Part shown: positions 1 to 8,730 of the stretch, one piece after another
Position numbering within the stretch: the stretch's first letter is position 1
Layout of the letters: each line of letters begins with the position of its first letter
Source: a virus
Lineage: Duplodnaviria; Caudoviricetes
IMG/VR virus record: IMGVR_UViG_3300037419_000703
Span: 1 to 45,441 of that record
Direction: 5' to 3' (one strand)
Length of the DNA stretch: 45,441 nt
Program-made: the position numbers and the translations under genes
The notes under the pieces: generated by a model
What the model was told of the DNA's origin: nothing
What the model saw: only the letters and a program-made list of their open reading frames with translations
The model's database searches: none

Positions 1-303
1 AAATCCAAAATTGCCGTCAATGCTGTCAAGGCCGAATACAAGATGGTGTTGGTTCCACACGACGGTATGGTGGTGGGAGACTCCAATAGCTGGAACAACG
101 TCAAGGGTCAACTTCAGCACTATGGCGTCCTGACCAAGACCAACAAGGGCTGGGAACTATTCGGCCACTCTTCCCCGACTCTGGCCGTGTTCCAAGACAC
201 CTACATGGGCGAACCTGAGTTTGCAGTCAAGTGCCAGCAGGCCATCATCGCATCTAAGAAAGGCCAAGCATTCCTCATCGAAGCCGAAGGAGCCGCCAAG
301 TGA
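1..303 (+). CDS. 5'-truncated CDS, probable C-terminus of RecA/UvsX-like recombinase
   Basis: Frame open from base 1 (KSKIAVNAVKAEYKM...YGVLTKTNKGW), resembling the RecA C-terminal KxK..AEF..G..K.G.W pattern; next to resolvase and exonuclease genes. Confidence 0.5.
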   Translation, partial: KSKIAVNAVKAEYKMVLVPHDGMVVGDSNSWNNVKGQLQHYGVLTKTNKGWELFGHSSPTLAVFQDTYMGEPEFAVKCQQAIIASKKGQAFLIEAEGAAK

Positions 304-494
304 TCTACCATCCTCAACAAAAAATGCCCGACTGCAAGGACGGGAAGAAACACCACGACTGGTATTTCCTGCACAACCGCCCGTGGTACATCCGCAAGGA
401 AAGGTCGGACGGCACGTTCACGACCAAGAAGCTGGACCGTGGCTTTTACACGTGCAAGGACTGTGGGATCACACGGACGGGGAGCCCACGATGA
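300..494 (+). CDS. small Cys/His-containing hypothetical protein
   Basis: Overlaps both neighbours by 4 nt; C..H..CxxC. Confidence 0.6.
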   Translation: MIYHPQQKMPDCKDGKKHHDWYFLHNRPWYIRKERSDGTFTTKKLDRGFYTCKDCGITRTGSPR

Positions 495-622
495 ACAAGC
501 AAGAAATCGAATCTTTCCGTAAATGGCATGAAACCCGGCTTGCCGAACTGAATTACCCACCTCGTATCGTTGAAAAGCTGCGTGCCGACCGTGAAAAATG
601 GTTCCAAGGAGTGGCGAAATGA
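491..622 (+). CDS. hypothetical protein (43 aa)
   Basis: GGAG RBS, ATGA coupling at both ends. Confidence 0.55.
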   Translation: MNKQEIESFRKWHETRLAELNYPPRIVEKLRADREKWFQGVAK

Positions 623-987
623 GCATCGAAGACTCTCCATTCATGAAGCGGGCCAAAGCTCGTGGCACCAACGGCCATGGCAAGGAATCAGAAAAGCGCA
701 TCGCCAAAGCCAGTGGCGCCCGTCTTACCCCGAACAGTGGTGCTACCCGTGGCTCCAAGGGAGACATGCGCAAGGGTGATTTCTTGATCGAATCGAAGTC
801 CACCATCCATGGCTCCATCAGCATTGACCAAGGCTGGCTGGTCAAGATCAACCATGAGGCGCTGTGCTGTGGCCTGAAACCCGCCCTGACGGTTTCCTTC
901 GTGCTTCCTGATGGGAAGCCCCAGCCTGGGACCAGTGAGTGGGTCATGGTTCCTCGTCGTGTGTTTGACGAATTGACGGAGGAATAA
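619..987 (+). CDS. PD-(D/E)XK nuclease, Holliday junction resolvase-like
   Basis: E..IA..SGA..KGD..FLIESKST motif; RBS AAGGAG before ATG 619. Confidence 0.75.
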   Translation: MSIEDSPFMKRAKARGTNGHGKESEKRIAKASGARLTPNSGATRGSKGDMRKGDFLIESKSTIHGSISIDQGWLVKINHEALCCGLKPALTVSFVLPDGKPQPGTSEWVMVPRRVFDELTEE

Positions 988-1178
988 TGTTCGTTCTTCA
1001 CTATCATGAGTTGAGCCCATCTGGTGGCGCAATCAAGTGCAAAAATTGCGGCAAGGAATTTAGGAGTGCTGAGGACCCGCGCATCGAAACCTTGTGCTAT
1101 GGCGAGAAACAAGAACCCAAGCGGGACCGCCCATATGGCTACAACCGCCAACGTCAACGAAACGTAAAGGTGCTTTGA
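987..1178 (+). CDS. small Zn-ribbon-like hypothetical protein
   Basis: H..CKNC..C; translationally coupled. Confidence 0.55.
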   Translation: MFVLHYHELSPSGGAIKCKNCGKEFRSAEDPRIETLCYGEKQEPKRDRPYGYNRQRQRNVKVL

Positions 1179-2083
1179 TGGCCGGAATGAAATTCCTTCA
1201 GCAAGCGGTAAGCGATGCACTGGCACCCAAAACTTCGATATTGAAGATCATGAGCCAGAACGTTGGTGGGTATGCCAAGGCGCGCAGCCACAAGACCGTC
1301 CATGCATCGGATGTGACTAAGCCCAACTTTTGCCCACGTCAATACGCATTGCTTGACATCACAGGCGGGGAGAAGAAGGACGAATATATATCCACTGCCA
1401 TGCAAGCCACTTTCGATGTCGGCAATGCCACCGCTCAACTGTTCACGGACAAGTGGGCTGGTGAGCACATTATTGGCAATTGGAAATGCCGCCGCTGTGG
1501 TGATAGAAGGAATTTCACATGCAAGCCCAAGGATGGGTGCACCACTAGCTTGAAGGGCGGGTGCGACTGGACCTACGACGAAGTGAAGTTCGTGTCCCAA
1601 GAGCACGCCGTGTCCGGTAGCCTGGACGCCATCATGGACTTGCTTGCCCCCAAGTTATTCGTGACGGAACTGAAGATTATCAAGGCGGAAGACTTCGTGG
1701 AGATTGCCGCCCCGCTGGCCGAGCACCGCATCCGCACGTCAATGTACATGAAGATCATCGAAGAGTCAGACTCCATGTACAAGACTCGCGTGAACTTGCA
1801 AGAAGCCCGTGTTTTCTATATCTCGCGTGGGTACGGCAAGAAAAACACAGTCTCAGGGGAAATTGTTCCATTCAAGGAATTTGTGGTGCAGCGTGATGAC
1901 AAGTCTGTTGAGCCCTACCTTGAAAAAGCCAAGATCGTCAAAATCTTCCGCTCCAAGGGAGAAATCCCCCATGGCATCTGCAACACGGCCATGGACACCA
2001 ACGCCAAGAAGTGTGGCTGCGCCAAGGAGTGCTTTTCTGGTGCGTATCCAGCCGGAAAAATCCATGAAAAGGAAGCAGCATGA
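1178..2083 (+). CDS. Cas4-like PD-(D/E)XK exonuclease
   Basis: HASD..CPR, SGSLD, ELK and C-terminal C..C..C cysteines. Confidence 0.75.
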   Translation: MAGMKFLQQAVSDALAPKTSILKIMSQNVGGYAKARSHKTVHASDVTKPNFCPRQYALLDITGGEKKDEYISTAMQATFDVGNATAQLFTDKWAGEHIIGNWKCRRCGDRRNFTCKPKDGCTTSLKGGCDWTYDEVKFVSQEHAVSGSLDAIMDLLAPKLFVTELKIIKAEDFVEIAAPLAEHRIRTSMYMKIIEESDSMYKTRVNLQEARVFYISRGYGKKNTVSGEIVPFKEFVVQRDDKSVEPYLEKAKIVKIFRSKGEIPHGICNTAMDTNAKKCGCAKECFSGAYPAGKIHEKEAA

Positions 2084-2568
2084 AGGTCCTGGGAATTGAC
2101 GCGAGTACGTACGTTGGTTGTGTGATGCTTGACAATGACTCAGTTTTATCTAAACTGGTTCACTTCAAGGAGTACAAAGGTTTTAAGCGACTTACCTGTA
2201 TCGAGCAATCCATTGGAAACCTACTTGACGAATGGAAGCCGAATATCGTTGTGATCGAGGGTTATGCCCTTGGTAGCACCAACAATTTGGCTCTCATGGT
2301 TGAGGTTGGAACGATGGTGCGCCGCCAACTGCACATGCATGGCATCACGCCATGGTGGGTATGCCCACCAACCCAACTCAAGAAATGGACTACCGGGAAA
2401 GGCAACGCCAAGAAGCCCGACATGGCCGCTTCTGTGCTGGATCGGTGGGGATTTACTTCGGCATCAGATGACATCGTGGACGCCTTTGCTCTGGCAAAGC
2501 TGGGACAAGCCCTGGAGGCCGATCCCAACCTATCTAAGTCTCTCAAAGGAGTAGCCTGTGAACACTAA
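2080..2568 (+). CDS. ruvC: RuvC-like Holliday junction resolvase
   Basis: VLGID, VVIEGY, P..LKK..TGKGNAKK, DD..DAFAL motifs. Confidence 0.85.
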   Translation: MKVLGIDASTYVGCVMLDNDSVLSKLVHFKEYKGFKRLTCIEQSIGNLLDEWKPNIVVIEGYALGSTNNLALMVEVGTMVRRQLHMHGITPWWVCPPTQLKKWTTGKGNAKKPDMAASVLDRWGFTSASDDIVDAFALAKLGQALEADPNLSKSLKGVACEH

Positions 2569-3235
2569 CGAGTACAAGCGCAACATCACCAAGACCCTAC
2601 CGGTGCGCTCGACCAAGGCCGCACTGCGCCATCTGGCACGCAACAACGCACGGTCCAACACGCTGTACGCGCTGATAAACCTCAAGACCGCCACCGGCAA
2701 GTTCTTGGCCGATATGCAGCCCTATCTGCTGGGCCAAGCAGTTGACGAAGCCATGAAGAAACAGGCGTTCGACTCCATCGGTGACGTAGGGCAATTCCTA
2801 GTCGCTGCCGCCAAGGTGGTGGGGGCCAAGCTGCCAAGCTCCACTAAGAAGTCCCGCCTGAAAGACATGACCCGTGGCAAGGCCATCCTCACGCTGGACA
2901 CCTACGCCACCGAACTGTTGGCCATGGAGAACCGTGTCTTCAATGAGTCGCTTGAACTACCCTTGCCGGATGTCCTGAAGCTTGCTCCAGAGGAACAGGA
3001 AGCCATCCTGAAGAATGCACGCAAGGCGAATATGGAGATTATCGCCAAGCGCGAAGAACACATCCATCAAGAAATGGCCGATATTTTGCAGAAAATGATT
3101 CCGCTGTATTGGTCACTGGTGTACGATATGTTCTCTGTTTCCCCCTCGGAAGTTTTCAAGGCCAACATGGAGAAGGTGGCCGAGAACTACCCGGAGGGCT
3201 TCTTCCAAGAAGCCAAGAAGGAAACTGTCCACTGA
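2558..3235 (+). CDS. MazG-like nucleotide pyrophosphohydrolase (divergent)
   Basis: N-terminal M..NEY, GDV, C-terminal N.EK...YPEGF typical of phage MazG-like proteins; the acidic catalytic residues are not obvious. Confidence 0.45.
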   Translation: MNTNEYKRNITKTLPVRSTKAALRHLARNNARSNTLYALINLKTATGKFLADMQPYLLGQAVDEAMKKQAFDSIGDVGQFLVAAAKVVGAKLPSSTKKSRLKDMTRGKAILTLDTYATELLAMENRVFNESLELPLPDVLKLAPEEQEAILKNARKANMEIIAKREEHIHQEMADILQKMIPLYWSLVYDMFSVSPSEVFKANMEKVAENYPEGFFQEAKKETVH

Positions 3236-3260
3236 CCCGCGCAATTGAGTGCAAAAGGGT

Positions 3261-3288
3261 TGGACAAACCAAGAAACTGTGTTACACT
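3261..3288 (+). promoter_or_regulatory. sigma70-type promoter
   Basis: TGGACA-16-TACACT with the AAACC extension shared by the other promoters. Confidence 0.6.
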
Positions 3289-3331
3289 GTGTCTGTCGAT
3301 TGAGATTCCAACCCACTTTAAGGAGTAAGCC

Positions 3332-4159
3332 ATGAATGAGACCAATGAAGGTGCGCAAGTGCAAGAAGCCGCGCCTGAAATCAAAGTTGTGGGCAAGAAG
3401 TCCACCAAGTCGGGTGACGTGTTCTTCGATGTCGCGTCCGAAGTCGAAAGCCTGACCCGCCAAAAGGCACTGTCGCTGGCCGAGACGCTGGCCGAGAACA
3501 TCGAGACCAACTACTTCAAGCTGGGTGGCGTGCTGAAGCGCATCTACGAGCAAAGCTGGTTTGAAGGCTTTGAGTCGTTCGATGAGTACGTGTATGAGAA
3601 GTTCGGCTTCAAGAAGCGCAAGGCCGACTACCTGATGAAAATCTACACGGGCCTGATCGACAAGCAAATCCCGTGGTCCATCGTGGCGCCGCTGGGCTGG
3701 ACCAAGCTGAAAGACCTCGTGGATGTGCTGACGCCGGAAAACGTGGAAGAGTGGGTTGCCAAGGCTGAGAAGCTGACGGTGGTTCAACTCCAAGCCGCGC
3801 TGAAAGCCAATGCACCGGAAGGCGAAGCAGGTTCGGCCAAGACCACGAGCGATTCGGTCAAGCTGAAGTTCGACCTGAAAACCGATCAAGCCGAGACCGT
3901 TCAGCAAGCACTGAACAAGGCCAAGGCCGACACCGGCACCGAGTTCGATTCGGTGGCACTGGAGAACGTGATGGCGGGCTACCTGTCCGGCCAGATCGCC
4001 ACGAAAGTGGACACCCAATCGGCGGCGCAAGCCCTGCGTGAGTTGGGCTGGGAAGAAGCGCTGAAGCTGTATGCAGCCGTGTTCCCTGGTGTGGACCTGA
4101 GCGTGGACAACGTGAACGGCGACGGCACGGTGGAAGCCCCGCAAGAAGCAGCAGCTTAA
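3332..4159 (+). CDS. hypothetical protein, probable DNA-binding protein
   Basis: Strong RBS; YFKLGGVLKRI..F..FDEYV.EKFGF.KRKADYLMKIY resembles DUF3102-like helical/HTH phage proteins. Confidence 0.75.
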   Translation: MNETNEGAQVQEAAPEIKVVGKKSTKSGDVFFDVASEVESLTRQKALSLAETLAENIETNYFKLGGVLKRIYEQSWFEGFESFDEYVYEKFGFKKRKADYLMKIYTGLIDKQIPWSIVAPLGWTKLKDLVDVLTPENVEEWVAKAEKLTVVQLQAALKANAPEGEAGSAKTTSDSVKLKFDLKTDQAETVQQALNKAKADTGTEFDSVALENVMAGYLSGQIATKVDTQSAAQALRELGWEEALKLYAAVFPGVDLSVDNVNGDGTVEAPQEAAA

Positions 4160-4560
4160 TGCATGGGTCAGCACTCGACCTCCCCGCAAGGGGGTGTTCC
4201 TAACCGTACACGACCGGGAGTGAGTGCATCGTGGGACGCTGGATACTAGTACTATCCAGACATTGGCCGGGGAGTGCGGCCCCCTCCGTAGTACGGTTCG
4301 CACCCGTGGAGGGTCAACAGTTGGGGGCTTTTCCACCCTCCCTCAGCCCGTCTGGTTCTTTTCAGGACCACGAGCCGGAAAAGCTTCCAACTGTTGGAAA
4401 AGAGCTACAGTGGACACGTAATCCGGATATTCGGCGCCTACTGAACCTGACTACAACCACCTTACGGTAACTCAAGTACCAGAGAACTCGCGGCAGCGTT
4501 TGATATGGGTGAGAGGCCCATTCGTAAGGTGCCCCAAACTTTAGGTATCCATCACAGGAG
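4160..4560 (+). ncRNA. candidate structured non-coding RNA (about 400 nt)
   Basis: No credible ORF; 20-bp stem 4315-4334/4377-4396 with two G-U pairs, 9-bp stem 4458-4466/4523-4531, GCAA-tetraloop hairpin 4181-4194, hairpin 4239-4259. Confidence 0.6.
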
Positions 4561-4566
4561 TGTCTA

Positions 4567-4857
4567 ATGGGAACTACAGAGCAGGGACAGGCTCTAATTG
4601 CCCCAAACCAAGGAAAGGTGTGGTCCACGGAGGATCAGGATCAACTCAAGCACCTGTTCATGCATGGCTTCGATCTGAAAGCCCTGTGTGACAGGATGGG
4701 GAGAACCCCACACGGCATCGTTGCCAAGTTGACCCAACTCGGACTGATCTACATCGACCAGAAAAGTGGTCACTACTTTCCCTGCCCCACAGAACCATGG
4801 GCCATGTGGCAAGAGTTGAAATTCTTGTCCGACCAATACAAACCAAGAAACGTCTAA
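4567..4857 (+). CDS. hypothetical protein with HTH/Myb-like motif
   Basis: NQGKVWSTEDQDQL..F..G..L...MGRT..GI..KL..LGL. Confidence 0.7.
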   Translation: MGTTEQGQALIAPNQGKVWSTEDQDQLKHLFMHGFDLKALCDRMGRTPHGIVAKLTQLGLIYIDQKSGHYFPCPTEPWAMWQELKFLSDQYKPRNV

Positions 4858-4864
4858 GACAACG

Positions 4865-4893
4865 AGCCAGCCTAGCCGCTGGCTTTTTTGTTT
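4865..4893 (+). terminator. rho-independent terminator
   Basis: AGCCAGC/GCTGGCT stem followed by T tract. Confidence 0.8.
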
Positions 4894-4920
4894 CCTAAAA
4901 GCGACACTTACAGAATTAGT

Positions 4921-4949
4921 TTGACAAACCAAAAGTATCGGTTTATAGT
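4921..4949 (+). promoter_or_regulatory. sigma70-type promoter
   Basis: TTGACA-17-TATAGT. Confidence 0.85.
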
Positions 4950-4983
4950 AGGAATGTAGCGAATTACTGCAAGGAGTGCGGAA

Positions 4984-5253
4984 ATGGGACTAAAGATCAA
5001 ATTTCAAAAGCCACCCAATCCCCAACCTGAAGTGGAACAGCGGGAAGATTCCATTTTTGATGCCCTAGGACAATTTTTACAGGGTAAAATGGGAACCCTC
5101 ATGTTAGTGCACCGTGGCAACGGTCAGTCGTACCGAGTCATCAAGTACGACGCCAAGACCCAGCGGGTGCTATTGGTGACGAGCGACAAAAAGAAGCTCA
5201 ATCCAATGCTGACGGAGCGGGAAGCCAAGATTTACAAACCAATGTGGCGCTGA
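4984..5253 (+). CDS. hypothetical protein
   Basis: AAGGAG RBS after promoter. Confidence 0.7.
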   Translation: MGLKIKFQKPPNPQPEVEQREDSIFDALGQFLQGKMGTLMLVHRGNGQSYRVIKYDAKTQRVLLVTSDKKKLNPMLTEREAKIYKPMWR

Positions 5254-5305
5254 GGCTCCCCACACTGCTAGAATTGCCCTGATGTAACCTTTATTGGAGG
5301 AAATC

Positions 5306-5470
5306 ATGGGTAGACGAGCGGTGGAGGTAACACCAGAGATAGAAGCATTCTTGAGGCGACGGTATGAGAAGTACTTGGCCACCAAGTTCCGAACAGGGGG
5401 ACGGGGTGTCATGACCTACCGGCAGTTCAAAGAGAAGATGCTTCGTGAACGTGTAGCACTGTTTGATTAG
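5306..5470 (+). CDS. hypothetical protein (54 aa, not in ORF track)
   Basis: GGAGG RBS; MGRRAVEVTPEIEAFLRRRY... Confidence 0.55.
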   Translation: MGRRAVEVTPEIEAFLRRRYEKYLATKFRTGGRGVMTYRQFKEKMLRERVALFD

Positions 5471-5510
5471 ACGAGAACTACTCAAGGAGTGAGTTTTTTC
5501 CTAACCCAAG

Positions 5511-5885
5511 ATGAAAACCAACATGAACGATACCCTCAAAGAAACCTCCATGGTCCAAGAACTGCTGGACCGACTGACGGAGAACCTGAACGGTTCCCGC
5601 ATTGAAGTCGTCACCGACGTGGTGACCGGCAAGCCCATCGTGGCCCTGGCCTTGGACAATACCTTGGACGCCCACACAACGGCCATGATGATCCGCTGCC
5701 TGACAGCGTTTGGCCGTCTGCCTGAAGGCGTGGAATGCAAGCCGTGCCCGACCACACCGGCACTGATTAACATCGACCATAACACGGCTGCTATCAATGT
5801 TAGGACCGAAGCCAACAAGCACCTCTCCAAGCGTTTTGGCGGGGGCGGAGTCTTCGGTGGTTGCAAGCAAGAAGACATGGGCTAA
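5511..5885 (+). CDS. hypothetical protein
   Basis: ORF with phage-like codon usage; start uncertain. Confidence 0.65.
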   Translation: MKTNMNDTLKETSMVQELLDRLTENLNGSRIEVVTDVVTGKPIVALALDNTLDAHTTAMMIRCLTAFGRLPEGVECKPCPTTPALINIDHNTAAINVRTEANKHLSKRFGGGGVFGGCKQEDMG

Positions 5886-5895
5886 ACCCATCAAA

Positions 5896-5929
5896 AACCC
5901 CTGAAATATGAGGATTTCAGGGGTTCTTC
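5896..5929. terminator. hairpin, possible terminator
   Basis: AACCCCTGAAAT/ATTTCAGGGGTT 12-bp stem. Confidence 0.6.
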
Positions 5930-5958
5930 ATTAACGCAAATCAAGGAGTGATACCACC

Positions 5959-6171
5959 ATGCGAGCACGAACTCTTGCCAACATATTGTTGACGTACCCC
6001 GACCGCGACATTCACATCATCGACCCCCACACCAATGAGGAATTACAACTCAAGGGTGTGACCCATGATCGGGATGGAGTCTATCTCTATAGCTATGCGG
6101 GCAGCGCTACGGCGAGGGTCATCAAGGCCATCAACCGCAGGCTGAAGTTACTGGTCCGGAAGTACTTCTAA
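5959..6171 (+). CDS. hypothetical protein
   Basis: AAGGAG RBS. Confidence 0.65.
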   Translation: MRARTLANILLTYPDRDIHIIDPHTNEELQLKGVTHDRDGVYLYSYAGSATARVIKAINRRLKLLVRKYF

Positions 6172-6200
6172 CGTTGCAATCAATTGCGCAGGAGTCCACC

Positions 6201-6434
6201 ATGATCCACAAAGAAACAAGAGAAATAGTGCTTTGGTTTCTGCTGGTGTTCGCATGCATGTTACTGCTGGTGGAGAAAGCCACAGAACCAAACATAGACC
6301 AAGGCTTCATCCGCCTGGATGGGGTGACCAACTACTACGATGAAATCCGCCACACCAAGTGCGAAATCAAGGACAACGACTTCCACTGCACACCCATCAA
6401 ACAGGAAGAGAAACACGACGGCAAGACCGTATAA
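6201..6434 (+). CDS. small membrane-anchored hypothetical protein
   Basis: AGGAG RBS; N-terminal hydrophobic helix. Confidence 0.6.
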   Translation: MIHKETREIVLWFLLVFACMLLLVEKATEPNIDQGFIRLDGVTNYYDEIRHTKCEIKDNDFHCTPIKQEEKHDGKTV

Positions 6435-6443
6435 GGAGAAAAC

Positions 6444-6614
6444 ATGATTACCGAGGATCACTCAATGTGGCTGCTGGTGACGCTGATTGTGGGCGTGATC
6501 TGCTTCATGGCGGGCCTAGTCTTAGGATGGATATCAGGACACAACGATGGGATGAAGAGTGCTTTAGACATCATGCCCCCAAGCTGGAAGGAGAAACAAA
6601 ATGAGCAGAAATAA
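6444..6614 (+). CDS. small membrane protein (not in ORF track)
   Basis: AAGGAG RBS; WLLVTLIVGVICFMAGLVLGW. Confidence 0.6.
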   Translation: MITEDHSMWLLVTLIVGVICFMAGLVLGWISGHNDGMKSALDIMPPSWKEKQNEQK

Positions 6615-6771
6615 GCGGGAAGAGTGGTATGGCGGGCGGCTGTCATTGCACCATGAGGTAGGTCAATACTTCATCACCAAGAAGTGGGAGAAGATCAAAC
6701 ACCTCAAGACAGTGCACTACAGAACAGACAAAGACGTAAGTCTGAGCAGGGAATCGCGGAGGTTCAAATGA
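6601..6771 (+). CDS. hypothetical protein (56 aa)
   Basis: AAGGAG RBS; ATGA overlap with next gene. Confidence 0.5.
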   Translation: MSRNKREEWYGGRLSLHHEVGQYFITKKWEKIKHLKTVHYRTDKDVSLSRESRRFK

Positions 6772-6980
6772 ACCGAAATCTCTTCAAAGAACTGATGGAA
6801 GGCTTCGATGCGTTGGCCAAACAAAGAGAAATCCAAGAGTTGGCGGCGGCGGTGTTTGAGCTAGCAAAGCAACAAAGAGCAGAAGGAATGGTAGGGAAGG
6901 CAGAGAGCCTAGAACTGGCTGGAGACATTCTGCAATCAATTGCGCAAACTCATCTGTCGGAAGCCAAGAATACACCATGA
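6768..6980 (+). CDS. hypothetical protein
   Basis: GGAGG RBS; MNRNLFKELMEG. Confidence 0.6.
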   Translation: MNRNLFKELMEGFDALAKQREIQELAAAVFELAKQQRAEGMVGKAESLELAGDILQSIAQTHLSEAKNTP

Positions 6981-7159
6981 GATTACTAGTAGAAGTATGC
7001 CTAGGACTGCTATTCCTTGGATTTATCATCAATCTGCTGGCGGACTACATGGATAACCCCAAAGAGAAATGGTATGTGTGGGCAGCACTGTTGATGCTAC
7101 TAGGACTGATAGGCTTCGCGTCAGTGATGATATCCGAGCTACTACACAAGTACACCTAA
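6977..7159 (+). CDS. small two-helix membrane protein
   Basis: Two hydrophobic segments; coupled start. Confidence 0.6.
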   Translation: MRLLVEVCLGLLFLGFIINLLADYMDNPKEKWYVWAALLMLLGLIGFASVMISELLHKYT

Positions 7160-7169
7160 GGAGAAAGAC

Positions 7170-7391
7170 ATGGACAAGTACCAAGAACTAAGAGAGAAGG
7201 GCAAAAATCTGGTAGAGGCAATCGTGGGCATCCACGAGGGGGCAGCAGTGGACAAGTGCATCGCGGCAGGCTTCTACTACCGCTACCTGAGCATGGATGG
7301 GCAGTACGGAATGATCACATCGGATTGTCGAATGGATCGTGTGGGCTTGCATGTGATGGACGGTGTAGTTACTGCCGCCAGCATTGGATAA
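7170..7391 (+). CDS. hypothetical protein, I78 peptidase-inhibitor-like C-terminus
   Basis: MITSDCRMDRVGLHV.DGVVT...IG resembles the T.D.R.DR motif of the I78 family. Confidence 0.55.
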   Translation: MDKYQELREKGKNLVEAIVGIHEGAAVDKCIAAGFYYRYLSMDGQYGMITSDCRMDRVGLHVMDGVVTAASIG

Positions 7392-7431
7392 GACTGACTG
7401 TCGTTTCTACGCAATTGATTGCAAAAGGCAT

Positions 7432-7460
7432 TTGACAAACCGTTCCAATCACATTACAGT
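7432..7460 (+). promoter_or_regulatory. sigma70-type promoter
   Basis: TTGACA-17-TACAGT. Confidence 0.8.
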
Positions 7461-7488
7461 GTGGATATAGAACTTCAAGGAGTGAAGA

Positions 7489-7866
7489 ATGGCGGCCGAA
7501 TTCTACGTGAACATGCAAAAGAGAGGCGACGGTAAGGTGTATGCCGATCTGCATAAGACTGATGGCCTTACCTACCCCACGGAACAAGAAGCCAAGAGTG
7601 CGCTGGAGGACACTCTTGTTCCGGGTGGAAAGCAAGTGACCAAACTCATCGCTTTAACTGAGGATGAGTACAAAGAACTTACCCATCTAAATCACTTTGA
7701 AGCCTCCTCCATCATTGCGATGGCTAGGGCGTGGGTACAAGCGGCCTTGAAGTGGGAGCGGGCTAAAACTGGAGTCTACGGTCCAAACTCAGAAAAACAC
7801 TTTACCGAGGCTTTGGACGCCGAATCCAAGTTCAAAAAACTTGTGAACAGTTTTATCAAGGAGTGA
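7489..7866 (+). CDS. hypothetical protein
   Basis: Hairpin RBS after promoter. Confidence 0.7.
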   Translation: MAAEFYVNMQKRGDGKVYADLHKTDGLTYPTEQEAKSALEDTLVPGGKQVTKLIALTEDEYKELTHLNHFEASSIIAMARAWVQAALKWERAKTGVYGPNSEKHFTEALDAESKFKKLVNSFIKE

Positions 7867-7870
7867 AGAA

Positions 7871-8062
7871 ATGAACAAAGACTACGAATACAAGGTGATT
7901 AGCGCTTCTAACAGTGACCTACTGACTGACGAAGTAAATGACAGCCTCCAAGAAGGCTGGGAGTTGTATGGCTTCCCGTTTGGCAGTGGGGGTGGAGGCG
8001 GCGCACATTTCTGCCAAGCCGTGATTCGTCGCCGTCCTGATGGGAGGTTACATGACCGCTGA
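7871..8062 (+). CDS. DUF1737-like protein
   Basis: Y.VI....L...VN..L.EGWELYG.P....CQAV. Confidence 0.7.
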   Translation: MNKDYEYKVISASNSDLLTDEVNDSLQEGWELYGFPFGSGGGGGAHFCQAVIRRRPDGRLHDR

Positions 8063-8234
8063 ACAAGCAGTAACCCTCAAGATACTGGCCCAAGCGTGGG
8101 CGGTTGCTGCACATGACCTCGCACTGTCAGACCTTGCCAGCAACTTCCTGCGCCACCAACAAAAGCTGGAAGACACCAAGAAAGCCTTTTGCACGTATGT
8201 TGACTCACTGGTGGAGGAAGGGAATGCTGTTTGA
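8052..8234 (+). CDS. hypothetical protein
   Basis: GGAGG RBS; resembles the C-terminal part of 7489-7866 (LA.AW..AA...). Confidence 0.6.
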   Translation: MTAEQAVTLKILAQAWAVAAHDLALSDLASNFLRHQQKLEDTKKAFCTYVDSLVEEGNAV

Positions 8235-8730
8235 ACCTGACGACATCCAAGTCAGCACCTACATCACCAAACCCCAAGGGTGGCTGTCAAGACAGGACAA
8301 TGGGGTGCGTATAGTTCACTTACCAACGGGCATTGAAGCCACTTGCAACAGCGAAAGAAGTCAATTCAGGAATAGGACGCTGGCCATGAGCAAGCTGATC
8401 GAAGCCTTAGAAAAACGTGAAAAGGAGAAAAATATGGCGAAGCCACACAAACACGCGGAATTCATCAAGGCATGGGCGGATGGCGTTGCAATTCAAGTCA
8501 GGACTGGCCCACTTTCATGGGATTACATAGGGGACAGTCCTTCGTGGTCCGAAAGCTGTGAATACAGAATTAGTCCTGAGAAGACTTACCCCGAAACCAC
8601 CCTCACGGACCAAGAACTCACGTTACTATGGAACCAGTCAGGTGGAGTCACACAAAGCCTGCGGCGGGTGGTCAACGCCGGAATCAAACGTTACATTCAA
8701 GACCAGGAGAAAAACAATGGCGCGGCATAA
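8224..8730 (+). CDS. class I release-factor (RF-1) domain lacking GGQ, fused in frame to the first KHA-repeat gene (internal start 8434)
   Basis: VRIVHLPTGI...C.SERSQFRNR..AM..L; second RBS and ATG at 8434 in the same frame. Confidence 0.7.
   Translation: MLFEPDDIQVSTYITKPQGWLSRQDNGVRIVHLPTGIEATCNSERSQFRNRTLAMSKLIEALEKREKEKNMAKPHKHAEFIKAWADGVAIQVRTGPLSWDYIGDSPSWSESCEYRISPEKTYPETTLTDQELTLLWNQSGGVTQSLRRVVNAGIKRYIQDQEKNNGAA

Noticed and set aside
1178-2083. Cas4-like gene as evidence of a CRISPR-Cas system
   Set aside because: No other cas genes or array; solo Cas4-like exonucleases are common in phage recombination operons
4224-4470. Short ORFs within the 4160-4560 region
   Set aside because: No RBS and atypical composition; the long stems with G-U pairs are better explained by RNA structure
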